NCBI GenBank assembly: GCA_964016885.1
Contig: OZ024741.1
Location: 157,666,001-157,730,000 of the forward strand
Origin: Eledone cirrhosa
Taxonomy: Eukaryota
Reading direction: 5' to 3'
Length of the DNA stretch: 64,000 nucleotides
The translations under genes were made by a program, and so were the position numbers. Position 1 is the first letter of the stretch, and every line of letters begins with the position of its first letter. The notes under the pieces are model-generated. The model was given only the letters and a program-made list of their open reading frames with translations, had not been told where the DNA came from and did no database searches. Positions 25,175 through 37,014 of this stretch are shown here, piece by piece.

Positions 25175-26135
25175 CATCATCATCTCATCATCATCTTCGT
25201 TTTAACATCCATCTTCCACGCTAGCATGGGTTAGACAGGAGTTGTCCCACTTGAGGCAAGGTTGGTCGGATGACCGTGTCTCACTCATATAGGACTATCT
25301 GGCAGGTTTTCTACGGTTAGATGCCCTTCCTAACACCAACCACATTTACAGTGTGGAACTGGGAACTTTTTACTGTGTTACCTACACGACCACATTACAG
25401 CGTGGACTGTGTGTTTTTTTGTTGTGACACCTACACGATCTCAATCTCATTATCTCATTTATTTGGACTGGATGTTGTGGTACCAACTTTACAGAGAGAG
25501 GGTGGTGTTGGTGGAAGTGGGAGGATAGAATAGGGGTAGTGGATTGGGGTGTATATTTGGTTAAGAGGTGCCTACTGACTGTAGGTTTCGCTTTGTACAT
25601 AGGCAAGGTGGATCTTCTGTATTACTGCGTAGCGCCAAAGATCTCGATCCAGTGACATTGTCTTAGAGAGATGCAAGTGTGCAAGGTCGGAATTTATCAG
25701 ATCATCCCTGGTTTTTCTGGGTCAACCTACTCCGTAACTACCATCAATTTTGATCGCCTTGCACTTTTTTATACAGCTGTCGTCTTTCATGCGCATCACG
25801 TGGCCATACCAATGTAGACTTCTCTCAAGTAAACAACATCTGATCCCTCTTATTCTTAATTTCTCACTTAGTTCATTTATGCTTTGCCGTTCACGTATAT
25901 TACTATTACACATCCAACGGAGCATGCATGCTTCATTCCTTTCCAGTCTACGCAGGTCCTCTGCATGTAATGCCCATGTCTCACTGCCATGTAGCATTGC
26001 TGTTCGTATACAGGCATCATACAATCTGTCTTTCATTTTTAGAGAGAAACCTTTTGTGGCCAACAGCGGTATAAGCTCTCTGGACTTTTTCCCGTTCTGA
26101 CTCTGGTTACTGTACTTTCAGAACACCTCCACCAC

Positions 26136-26137
<2 letters not shown>
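25175..26137 (-). mobile_element. RTE LINE family 1, 5'-truncated (ORF2 C-terminus, 3' UTR, (GAT)n tail)
   Basis: ORF 25722-26063: KGFSLKMK.RLYDACIRTAMLHGSETW...LERNE..MLRWMC...L.WYGHVMRM. Very similar to 33259-34205. Confidence 0.88.
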
Positions 26138-26183
<46 letters not shown>

Positions 26184-26865
26184 GCACACACACACACACA
26201 CACACACACACCCATATATACATCACCCCACATAGGCATGCGTGGGAGGGACGCGGAGTCAGATGTGCGTGCCTTATTATATGCGTCTGCTCGTGACAGG
26301 AGATATGGAGTTTTCATGCGGTCATCTTGGGCACCCGCACTGGCCACATGGGCTCACGCACGCGTCGTATGAGTTGTATGAATTTTCGGATGCATCGACC
26401 CATGCACACATATACCTTGGTCCCCGCATGTGTACATGCCGATGAGATGAGGCTGGTTACAGTCCGGGGACCCATACTATTATATGGCTGTACAGGGGTG
26501 CATTCACATACATACACACTCATTTACTCTACACACACCTATATGCACATCCGTACATAAACCTACAACTATACATGCATGTACACACATGTACGCGTAC
26601 ACAGGACATGTGCGGGTGCACACGCATCGGCATTGCATGTAGATGATACCATGTGGGGTTAATAGGTGGTAGAAAGGATATAAGAAGTGATGTTGAATAA
26701 CGGTGGTGAAATTACTGATACAAAAAGTGTGTATGGTGCTAGTGGTTTGTGTGTGCCTCAATGGGATGTAGTATGTGTTGGTGTGGGTGAGGGTGGTGGA
26801 TTTATTGTGATATGTTTAGTGGTGGGGGTTATAGTAATGAATGTCACTGGACATGTCACTGCACC

Positions 26866-27299
26866 GAGATCTTTGACGCTACACAGTAATACAGAAGACC
26901 CGCTTTGCCTAAGTACAAAGCGAAACCTACAGTCAGTAGGCACCTCTAACAAAAATACACCCCTGTCCCACTACCCCCACCCCATCCACACCACCACTTC
27001 AATGTAAAGTTATGTTGGTACCACAACATCCAGTCCAAAACAAATGAGGTCATGTAGGTATCACGACAAAAAAAAACACACAGTCCACGCTGCAATGTGG
27101 CCGTGTAGGTAACATGGTAAAAACCTCCCAGTCCACACTGTAAACATGGTTGGTGTTAGGAAGGGCATCCAGCTGTAGAAAACCCGCTAGACAGTCCTCT
27201 ACGAGCAGGACAACCAATCTTGCCTCAAGTGGGAAAACTCCCGTCCAAACCCATGCAAGCGTGGAAGATGGACATTAAACGATGATGATGATGATGATG
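26866..27299 (+). mobile_element. RTE LINE family 1 3' end
   Basis: Reverse-complement match to about 25175-25660; (gat)n tail. Confidence 0.8.
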
Positions 27300-27624
27300 T
27301 GACCTAACATTTACAGGATCAAAACTTAACACAGGTTACAAATTGAAATTTGACAAGGATAACGGTGGTAATGAAATGAGAAATGGTGTGAGAAAATGGT
27401 GGTAGTTATTCCTATGTTGTGTTTAAGTTGTTATGGTTTGTCCGTGGCACCTGGCCGAATGTCAGGGCGGAGAAAGTGTTACATATATTTGTAGTTTATT
27501 GGTGTGTAATGTTCAGTTATGATTGGTTCACCAGTTTAAGCACTCAATGCCAATATGGGTCCAGTTACCGTTGTGGTATTCTACATATGGTATTACACCA
27601 TAGTCAATATCCTTAAGAAGGAGA

Positions 27625-28875
27625 GTGTTAATGGACTACAAAAATACCTAATTAAAAACAAATAGCCACAAAACATGAACAAATCAAAAAACTGTTCTCA
27701 GTCTTCAAGGAAGCCAAAACATTCAAATAAGAAACTGGACTAACAGATAATTGTGAGGAAAATGAAAACAAAGAAAATACAATAGAAATTGTGAAAGTCA
27801 TAAAATTTAAATTGAAAACTGTCATCCAGAATGCCATGTTAAAACGATGGCAAGAGAATTCCTTACATGGCCAATACCCCCAAAAAGCTAAATAGAAAGG
27901 AAGTAGACAAAGAAGACACACAAAACTGGCTCCAAAGCACTGGACTAAAAGATGAGACAGAAGGATTTCTATTTGCAGCGCAGGGCAAGGGTCTACCCAC
28001 CAAAAACTATCAAAAGTACATAATTGTTTCTACTTTAGGCACAAGGCCAGTGCATTACTGGTACTTTATTTTATCGACCCCGTAAGGGTGAAAGGCAAAG
28101 TCAACCTCGGCGGGATTTGAACTCAGATCGTAAAGGGACGTAACTATGCTGGAAAGCATGGCGTCCGACCCTCTACCGATACTGCCAATCCACCGTACAT
28201 AATGAAACAAAGTACAATAAGTAACTGTAGAATATGTGAAAATAGGGAAGAAACAATCAACCACATAGTCTCTGGATGACAAGCTCTAGCCAAAAAAGAA
28301 TATATCCACAGGCATGATAGAGTTGGGACTTTCATACACTGGAAGTTATGCCAGCATTATGAAAAAAGATAGTGCAAACACACACCAGAAAAAGTGTCAG
28401 AGAATAACAAAGCAAACATTCTCTAGGATATGCCAATACAGACAGACAGAGAGATCAAAGCCAACCAACCAGATATTATAGTCAAAGACCACAAAGAAAA
28501 AAATGAATGCCTTTTAATAGATGTATTTATCCCCAGAGACGACAATATATCTTCCAAGGAAATAGAGAAACTCTCCAAATATAAAGATCTAGAGCTAGAA
28601 ATAACTCGAATGTGGAAAATGAAAACAGAAACAATACCTATAATAATAGGTGCTCTAAGAATGATAATAAATACACAAATACATAGCCAAAACCCTATGA
28701 CTTACAACATACAACATACAAAAGAAAGCACTACTAGGCACTTCACACATATTACGAAAGGTACTATCAATACAATAGAAACAACATCAGCAAAAACTAC
28801 ACTGCTCATACCCAAGCTACACAGAGCTGTGTTAAGGAAAGCAATAAAAATAATAATGGAAATAATAATAATAAT
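27625..28875 (+). mobile_element. R4/Dong-clade non-LTR retrotransposon 3' part (zinc knuckle plus restriction-like endonuclease)
   Basis: LHGQYP...WLQSTGLKDETEGFLFAAQ; CRIC...ETINHIVSG...YIHRHD; TDREIKANQPDIIV...LIDVFIP...EKLSKYKDL...PIIIGAL. Ends in an (AAT)n tract, the known Dong target. Confidence 0.85.
28025..28194 (-). mobile_element. SINE family A inserted into the R4/Dong element
   Basis: Flanked by the 9-bp TSD gtacataat (28016-28024, 28195-28203). The LINE frame resumes across it. Confidence 0.88.
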
Positions 28876-28877
28876 GG

Positions 28878-31415
28878 TTTCTTTCTTAGCCACATATGGC
28901 TTACATTAAGAGGACAATAAGGATGGTACAGTGTGGGTTTTTTGTGAGAGTGAAAGGTTTATAAAGAAGACTAAAAAATAAACATTTAAAAATATAACAA
29001 CAAATTCCCTAAAAGTGAGGATACCTGCAAAGGTCACTCATGGACAAAGCCCACAAAAAGCCATGATAACCTTGACCGCTAGGGCAGTACCCTCTCTCAG
29101 ATTATCTCCTCCAATTTACAGGTGCATACTCAGAGAAAGCCCATTTACTCGGACCATGCTCACCTCTCTCACCCACCTTTCAACAAATTGGTTGAAAGGC
29201 AGCATTTGCTTCTCCACCCTGATTTTTTTTCTTCAGGTGAAACCTGAAAAAGTCAATTGAGGCTTCAGCAAAGAAGAAAGTGCTTGTCTTCAACCCTTTC
29301 AAGCACATCCACCACACAATTTGTTTTTGCCATGGCCACCTGGCAAGTAAATGCTGCATGTTCTTCCCCTCCAAAGGAAGATGGCAGGGCTATCTTCATA
29401 ATGCACTCAGTTCATAGTTTTATCCATCCCATACGTGACTGCTGGTGTTCAACAGAAACCTACAGGTCAGCAATACTTGGACATTCGATGAGTGCATGCA
29501 TGATGGTTTTGTCACCCTGCGTGCTTCTCAGACAGGCACTGCCAAGCCAGGGATTTCTGGAAATTATCCATGGGCCCTGGACTGAAACTCTGGAAAAGGA
29601 TGATTGATTTTCGTTGACCTCCAAAGTCTCCCCAAGAACGTTATTGTTTTTACCTGCCACTAAACCTCTATAGAAAGCTAAGGTGGAGTTTCCACCGATC
29701 ACACTGATCGATTGGCTGTAAGTGCTTGGAGACATTTTTCAAGCGCACCCTCTCAGTCTTTGTTTGACCCAGGACTGCAGCCCTATCATGGGGATGAGCT
29801 GTGTAAAACTGTGTTTAGCAAACAGTGACCACACCTGTTCACCATCAAGGTAAAGCAGGAGATGGCGTAGCATGTTTACGTATCATCAGCCATGCTATGT
29901 CTAGTCTTCCTCTTAGGGTTGGTGTTGACAGCAAATGAACCACCTGACAATTGGCACACATCCCTTCCACAAAAAGCAAAAGAGCAAATGCTCCAGTGCA
30001 GTCAGGCATGGGCCAGGACAAGGCACAATGATCAGTTGGTAATACACGTTCACCACCTCTGCCCAACATTTCAGAGATAGCTTATACTCAGCCCATTTCT
30101 GTGTGAGAGTGGCTACCCTGCTCCTTACCTCATCTCAGTTTTTGTCCATTTGAAAGTCTGGACCAAACCACACCCCAAACAATTCAACCGGTCCATCCAT
30201 CCAGTGCCTGACAATGTTGTTGGACAGAATGGACTTGCCTCCATGTTTCTAGCTGCAGGCCCATCAACTTTTCCTTCAGAGCAGTGCCGATCAACTCAAT
30301 ATGTTTGCTGCTCAACACCACTATAGTAACATCTTAGGCATATGCTGACACAGATCTTCCACATCCTAGTTCACTAGGGATGCCCCTTAATGTCTCCAAT
30401 TTGTGTAGTAGTGGCTCGAGAGTCAATACATACAATGGAGATGAGAGAGGACAAGCTTGGTGAACCAAACGCATGAAGTTGAAAGGTTATGAGAGGTAAC
30501 CATTCACTCTAACCACTGAACAGGTGTTGCTGTACATTGCAGCAATCCATCCTCAGAATACAGGCCTGAAGCCCACTGCCTTGAGAACAGCTGCCAGGTA
30601 CCAATGGTTGACCCTATCGAAAGCTTTCAACTGATGTACATTGATCAAGGCCTCACCCCAGCCAGGTTCCTTAGTCACCCTCTCTATGATGTATTGCATT
30701 AGGTCAAGGTTGTGTGAATGGATCTATCTGGAATAGCACATGATTGCGCCTTTCCTTCCAGACCACCAACAACAAATGCCATCCTCGTCACTCACACATT
30801 GGCCAACATTTTAAACTCTGTATCTAGCAGACCTGAAATTATCTATATAGTCCACTTTGATCAAATCATTTCCTTGGCTCACAGAACTGGGAATTCTCCC
30901 ATTCTGCTGCCAGTTGACATAGATGTCTGCTAAGATATCACCCAATATATCTGGCATGTTTGTGTAAAACTCGTAAAGCAGATCATCCAATCCAGGCAAT
31001 TCACCTTTTGTGCAGTTAGTCATCAGATCCCATATTTCATCAGCTGTTATCAGTTTTTCGCAACATTCTGCCTCCCTTACTGAGAGCCATAGCAAGCCTT
31101 CAATCCAACCCATCATTCTTCATGAACATTTGCACGAAATGTTGCTGAAAAACTGCACACATCTGCTTGGGATTGTGTATCGTACACACGTCATCATCCA
31201 CTAAAGACCAGATTGTAGCTTTGTTGCCATGCCGTGCCTCCGCTACTTGGGCCCATCGAATAACTTTCATCCCCTTGTGTCTGAGAGCATGCACCTTAGC
31301 TTGACAATACAGCCTTCGTGCTTCATATTGAAGAATTCATTGAGCACCAATCTCGCTGCAACCACATCGGCTGCGATGCCTTCTCTAATGGCCTCTTCTA
31401 GCTTTCTAACTAGTT
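28878..31415 (-). mobile_element. L1/Tx1-clade LINE, decayed ORF2 (RT and C-terminus)
   Basis: Minus strand PGLDDLLYEFY, ALIN..Q.KAFDRVNHW and VSAYA*DVT (decayed YADD). The 3' end tgtggctaagaaagaaa is similar to 15230-15292. Confidence 0.8.
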
Positions 31416-31624
31416 CAATAATAATAAGGAATATGAACAAGTATCAATATGGCATCATTGTGTTTATTCATGTGCGACATGCATTTGATTTGATTGATCA
31501 TGAAAGGCATATCACTTGTGAATAAAAATAATGATGCTATATTGAAACTACATTCTAGCTCCTTATTATAATTATTATTATTATATCTATGTATGTATGT
31601 ACATATGTATGTATGTATGATGTT

Positions 31625-32050
31625 TATGTTGGGGTCACTCTTGAGTGCTACTAGTAACATGTAACCCAGCACAACCTGTCCCACGGTCGGGTCGGCGGCG
31701 ACTAAACCGGCGACCCCACCAAGTTTACTTAGTGAGGAGGGTGATTTTGGACACCCTGCAGGACAAAAAACAAAACCCGACAAAGGGCGGAAGAGCTCAT
31801 AAGAGTCAACGGCCATCCAAAAGTATGTAAATATGTATATACACATGTACATGTGTGTGTATATGTATATGTGTATATGCATGGGTGCATGTGTATGTAT
31901 ATGCGCGGGGACATAGAAATATTCGGGCTGGACACCCGATCGCGCGGTTAAACCACTGGGAGCGAAGGACCCCTAGCGTTTGTCAGGGCATTCTTCTAGG
32001 AGAAGGCAACTCAGGAAACTGGGATAACTCCGATATAAAACCTGCAGCTC
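31625..32050 (+). mobile_element. Two GC-rich structured segments resembling non-LTR retrotransposon 5' leaders, embedded in (TATG)n
   Basis: 31631-31717 is enclosed by ggggtc/gacccc with internal hairpins. 31985-32045 gggcattcttctaggagaaggcaactc...aaaacc resembles RTE 5' UTR motifs (recalled, unverified). Confidence 0.35.
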
Positions 32051-32205
32051 AGTAGTTACCGATGATGTTGATTTTTTTCTTCTTTTCGGGTTATAGCTAC
32101 TGTCGCTCAGAGAGTGGGATTGGCTCAGTGCACAGTCTTTCCTCACTTTAAAAAATATCTTCACACACAGGCATTGCACGATAGAATTAATCAATAATTA
32201 TTAAT

Positions 32206-32320
32206 AATTGTTTCTACTTTAGGCACAAGGTCGGCAATTAACCAGTGCATTAGTGGTACTTTATTTTATCGACCCCGTAAGGATGAAAGGCAAAGTCAAC
32301 CTCGGCGGGATTTGAACTTT
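32206..32320 (-). mobile_element. SINE family A, truncated
   Basis: aattgtttctactttaggcacaagg...cctcggcgggatttgaact. Confidence 0.8.
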
Positions 32321-32490
32321 AATAATAGTATACCATGCAATGGCCATACTCGATAACGGGGGGGCAACCATCATCATGTATGTATGTATGTATGTATGTA
32401 TGTAGGTATGTATGTATGTATGTATGTAGATATGTAGGTATGTATGTATGTAGATATGTAGGTATGTATGTATGTATATGTATATATATG

Positions 32491-33066
32491 TCATCATCAT
32501 CATCATCATCACCGTTTTATGTCCGTTCTTCCACACTAGCATGGGTTAGACGTGTTGTCCTGTTTTTGGGCAGTGTCCAGGTGGCTGACCTTGTCTTGCT
32601 CATACAGGAACTGATTCTGGCTTGATTTCTACAGCTGGATGCCCTTCCTAACACCAACCTCATTTACAGTGAGTGCTGGGTGCTTTTTTTCTGTGGTGCC
32701 TATACGTCCACTTTGCAGTGAGAGGGGGTGGGAGCATATTGTCTATATGCTGCAGCTTCAGCTTGTTCCTGTGAGAAGTCGGGTCTTCTGTATTACTGCG
32801 TGATGCCAGAGGTCACGGTCGTGTGTCATCGCCCTTGAGAGGTGCATTTGGGTAATATATGTGTGTGTGTGTGTCACAATAAAAAGCCCCCAGTCCACTA
32901 CGTAAATGTGGTTGGTGTTAGGAAGGGCATCCAGCCATAGAAACAAAGCCAAAACCAGTCCAGCATGAGCAAGACATGGTCATCTGATCTGGCTTCACTC
33001 ACAATGGAACAACTCATCTAATCCATGCTAGCAAAAAAAAAATGAACATTAAATGGTGATGATGAT
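32491..33066. mobile_element. Two RTE family 1-type 3' ends, head-to-head (32491-32850 minus, 32873-33066 plus)
   Basis: ggatgcccttcctaacaccaacc followed by its reverse complement ggttggtgttaggaagggcatcc; (cat)n and (gat)n tails. Confidence 0.7.
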
Positions 33067-33105
33067 AATGACTGAAATAATAGCTAAAAATACCACTTAG
33101 AGTAT

Positions 33106-33222
33106 TATATACATATTTAGAATAACTTTACAAAGTTAGCTAAGGGGAGATTGCTAACAGATCAACCTAAAATAAGCAATCTCTCCTCAGCTAACTTTGT
33201 AAAAGTTATTCTATATGTATAT
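33106..33222. repeat. Short fold-back palindrome (about 50-bp arms, 19-nt spacer) next to (TA)n
   Basis: tagaataactttacaaagttagctaaggggagattgct pairs with agcaatctctcctcagctaactttgtaaaagttattcta. Confidence 0.8.
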
Positions 33223-33258
33223 ATAAATATATATATATATACATACACACACACATAT

Positions 33259-34575
33259 ATCATCATCATCTTCGTTTAATGTCCATCTTCCATGCTAGCA
33301 TGGGTTAGACGAGAGTTGTGCCACTTGAAGCAAGGTTGGTCGGGTGACCGTGTCTCGCTATATAGCACTATCTGGAAGGTTTTCTACGGCTGGATGCCCT
33401 TCCTAACACCAACCACATTTACAGTGTGGAACTGGGAACTTTTTACCGTGTTACCTACACGGCCACATTACAGCGTGGACTGTGTGTTTTTTTGTCATGA
33501 CACCTACACGATCTCGATCTCTTTATCTCATTTATTTGGACTGGATGTTGTGGTACCAACTTTACAGAGAGAGGGTGGTGTTGGTGGGAGTGGGAGGATA
33601 AGGTAGGGGTAGTGGATTGGGGTGTATATTTGGTTAAGAGGTGCCTACTGACTGTAGGTTTCACTTTGTACATAGGCAAGGCGGGTCTTCTTTATTACTG
33701 CGTAGCGCCAAAGATCTCGGTCCAGTGACATTGTCTTAGAGAGGTGCAAGTGTGTAAGGTCGGAATTTATCTATCATCCCAGGTTTTCTGGGTCTACCTA
33801 CTCCGTAACTACCATCAATTTTGATCGCCCTGCACTTTTTTATACAGCTGTCGTCTTTCATGCGCATCACGTGGCCATACCAATGTAGTCTTCTCTCAAG
33901 TAAACAGCATCTGATCCCTCTTATTCCTAATTTCTCACTTAGTTCATTTATGCTTTTCCGTTCACGTATATTACTATTACACATCCAATGGAGCATGCAT
34001 GCTTCATTCCTTTCCAGTCTGCGCAGGTCCTCTGCATGCAATGCCCATGTCTCACTGCCATGTAGCATTGCTGTTCGTATACAGGCATCATACAATCTGC
34101 TTTTCATTTTTAGAGAGAAACCTTTTGTGGCCAACAGCAGTATAAGCTCTCTGAACTTTTTTCCATCCCGTTCTGACTCTGGCTACTGTACTTCCAGAAC
34201 ACTCTCCAACGCTGCTGATTTCATCACCCAGGTAACGGAAAGTGTCCACTATTTCTATAGAACCATCTGGGCAATAGAAGGATCTAGTATCCTGTGGGCA
34301 CTTGCTACTTATTGCACCTGAGCATCGGCCACATATAAAGTCTACGTTCTTAGATAGTTTACCTATGATCCCACTACATCTTTTATGTACCCATAGTTTG
34401 CATTTGGGACATAAAATGGAATTTCTGCCTACTCCTTTCCTACACACTGAGCATGGCCATTTTCCTGAGGGCACCTGTACCCTATTTTCCTTTCTACAAA
34501 CTAGAACTTTAGTCTTAGACAAGTTAACTTTAAGGCCTTTTGATTTTAGGCCGTGCTTCCCTTTTTGGAATTTCT
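33259..34575 (-). mobile_element. RTE LINE family 1 (RT C-terminus with PHD finger, ORF2 end, 3' UTR)
   Basis: GLKVNLSKTKV...C4HC3...EIVDTFRYLG...ARVRTGWKK...RLYDACIRTAMLHGSETW...RRLHWYGHVMR...GRPRK, with frameshifts. Confidence 0.9.
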
Positions 34576-34586
34576 TTGATACAATG

Positions 34587-34861
34587 AAGTTTCATTTTAA
34601 AATGTTTTTATTGTACATTGACCGTTGCACATGTTTCACAGATAATTGGCTCGATATTTTCATTGATGTGATAGATCTGACTCCCGCATGGATTTGTTCA
34701 TCAGACATGTGGATGTGAGATATATATGTGTGTGCCCGTGAGATGTAAATGTTTTGATTGAGTCTACATGTCTGAAGAGCAGATCAATGCTGACCTCAAG
34801 GCAGTTATCTGTGAAACATATAACGGTTAATATACAATAAAAATATTTAAAATTGAAACTT
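34587..34861. mobile_element. Older Penelope-like fold-back element with hammerhead cores in both diverged arms
   Basis: Plus arm: CUGAAGA (34772-34778), GCAGAU/AUCUGU, GAAA (34813-34816). Minus arm: CUGAUGA (34704-34698)...AUCUGU-GAAACAUG. The outer arms align as acaataaaaa.attt.aaa.tgaaactt. Confidence 0.55.
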
Positions 34862-36349
34862 GGTTATATCATACATAATATATACATTCTGCTACAACAT
34901 CAAGTGATCACATTTATGTCACCTTCAGTAATCAACAATATTACTGGATCTGTCAGTGTTAATGTCCTGTAATTTGGTGGCTCGTCAAAGGAGAGATTTA
35001 TAAAATATGTACCAGTCCTGAAAAAATAAGTGCTGGTGTCGATATGATCGACTAAATCATTTTAAGTTGGTGTCCCTGCGTGGTCGCAATCTATGAACTG
35101 AAACATGCAAAGCAAAAAAAAAAAAAGAAAGAAAAGAAAAAAAAAAGAATAGGTTAATTAATTAAAAAAAAAAAAAAAAAGGTTAATTAAAAAAAAAAAA
35201 AGAATAGGTTAATTAATAATAAAATCCAAGGGGGATAATTATAATCAACAAGATGAAAAATAGAAACATTGAATATAAAAGTTATTTCCCTTGTAAACTT
35301 ATGTACTTTTGTAGTTTTCTCCCTTGCAATCATGTACGATTAGCTTGACCGCGGTATACCACAATAAAACGAAGTCCAGTTAAATTTGAAATAGTTTGAG
35401 TGACATTGCTCCCTAACCTACCCCGATATTGAAGTTTAAATAAAATCAGTTTATCTGATCTACCCGCTATTTTGATTAAGTGATTTTAATTAAAGGAATA
35501 ACAACATCAGATGGAAATTCTTTGCTGTATTTGTTCCGGCTCTCTACGCCCTGAAATAAAATTCACCGCGTTCAGCTTAGCCATTAATCTTTCGAGGTAG
35601 ATAATCAAAGTACCAGTCTAATGCTGGAATTGATTTCCCTACTACTGTCAGCGACTCTATTGTTCCTTCTGATATCCTAAAGCTGCAAACATAACCGAAC
35701 GAAATAAACTACGGAAATATCACAATTTATCGGTAAATTACAAGTATTTTTTCTCTTAGTAGAATTCGAGACATTCAAGGAGCTGGTTCATTAACTATGT
35801 GGTTAATTATATATGTTTGTATTCACATGTGATAATTATGGGATATGTGTTCAATTATATATATGTGTACCACTATACTGTGTGTGTACTACTATCATAT
35901 ATATATGTGTACAGCTATGATGCGTGTATAGCTATTATATATGTCCACCGCGATGATATATGTGTACAGCTGGAATATATATGTACAAATTTTACCCTCC
36001 TTTTTCTCACCACTATGTATTTTCTCTATAGACCGTGAATTTGGCAGAAATATTAAAATGTTGGATGGTTTCTGCGTTTCAGTCCCCGTCGAGATTCACT
36101 TTGTGTTTTCATCCATTCGCGACCGAAAATGAAAGTGCCAGCCCTGTGCTGGTACAGCCTTCTCTCATTCTAGGGTGTTCTGCTGGATCAAAGGAAGGAG
36201 AATCGTAAAGGTGTTTGATTTTGCTCACGACTTCATAGACACCAACAAACCTTATTGAAAAAATAGTATATACTACCAAGTCATATTCGATTTCGAGTGA
36301 TGACTGTAGTTTGTATCTTATCAACGTTGTCGTTAATACTACTGAAGAC

Positions 36350-36600
36350 AGATGGCTTAGTGGGTTCTGCTTACGGCTAAGGTCATGTGTTCGATTCCAG
36401 ACAGTGTATTGTGTCTTTGACCAAGGCACTATTTCACGCTTTCTCGAGTCTACTCAGCTGGAAAAAAATACTTGTAAATGTAATTTAAAGTCCCAGCTAT
36501 GTCTCAGAGTATTTCCTTGAGAATTACGTTATGGGTACGTGTCTGTGGAATGCTCAGCCACATGCCGGTTAATTTCACAAGGTCGCTGTTCCAGTGGTGA
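36350..36600 (+). mobile_element. CORE-type SINE
   Basis: tggcttagtgg...gttcgattcc...ctttgaccaaggcactatttcacg...tactcagctg. Confidence 0.65.
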
Positions 36601-37014
36601 CACGGCTGGAATACTCGTCGTCGGAGTTAACAGAGGTCTAACTGCAAAATTTAACATTGATCTTTGTCTTCTCATATTATCTCCCTTGAACCACAACTTG
36701 AAATTCTGCAACTCATGAATATATTCATTTGCTGGTTTCACTTATTAGACTACGACCACGCTGGGGCATTGCTTCGAATACATTTAGCCAATCATATCGA
36801 CACCAATATCTATTTATTTGAATTTTTTGCAAGTTTGCTACTTATTTTTTCTTTTTTATACACAAATATCACACCTGTAAAACGGTATGCAGGAGCAAGG
36901 CAGGTTTGTGGGGTCATTCGTGACCCCATTGTCGTTCAGCACAACATTGAAAAGATGGCCCACCTCTGTAAAAGAATGGCAGTTATCATATATTTATATA
37001 TATATATATACACA

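Noticed and set aside
27400-27620. Possible GIY-YIG C-terminal remnant of a Penelope-like element (minus strand)
   Set aside because: Only a vague motif resemblance across frameshifts; not supportable by eye.
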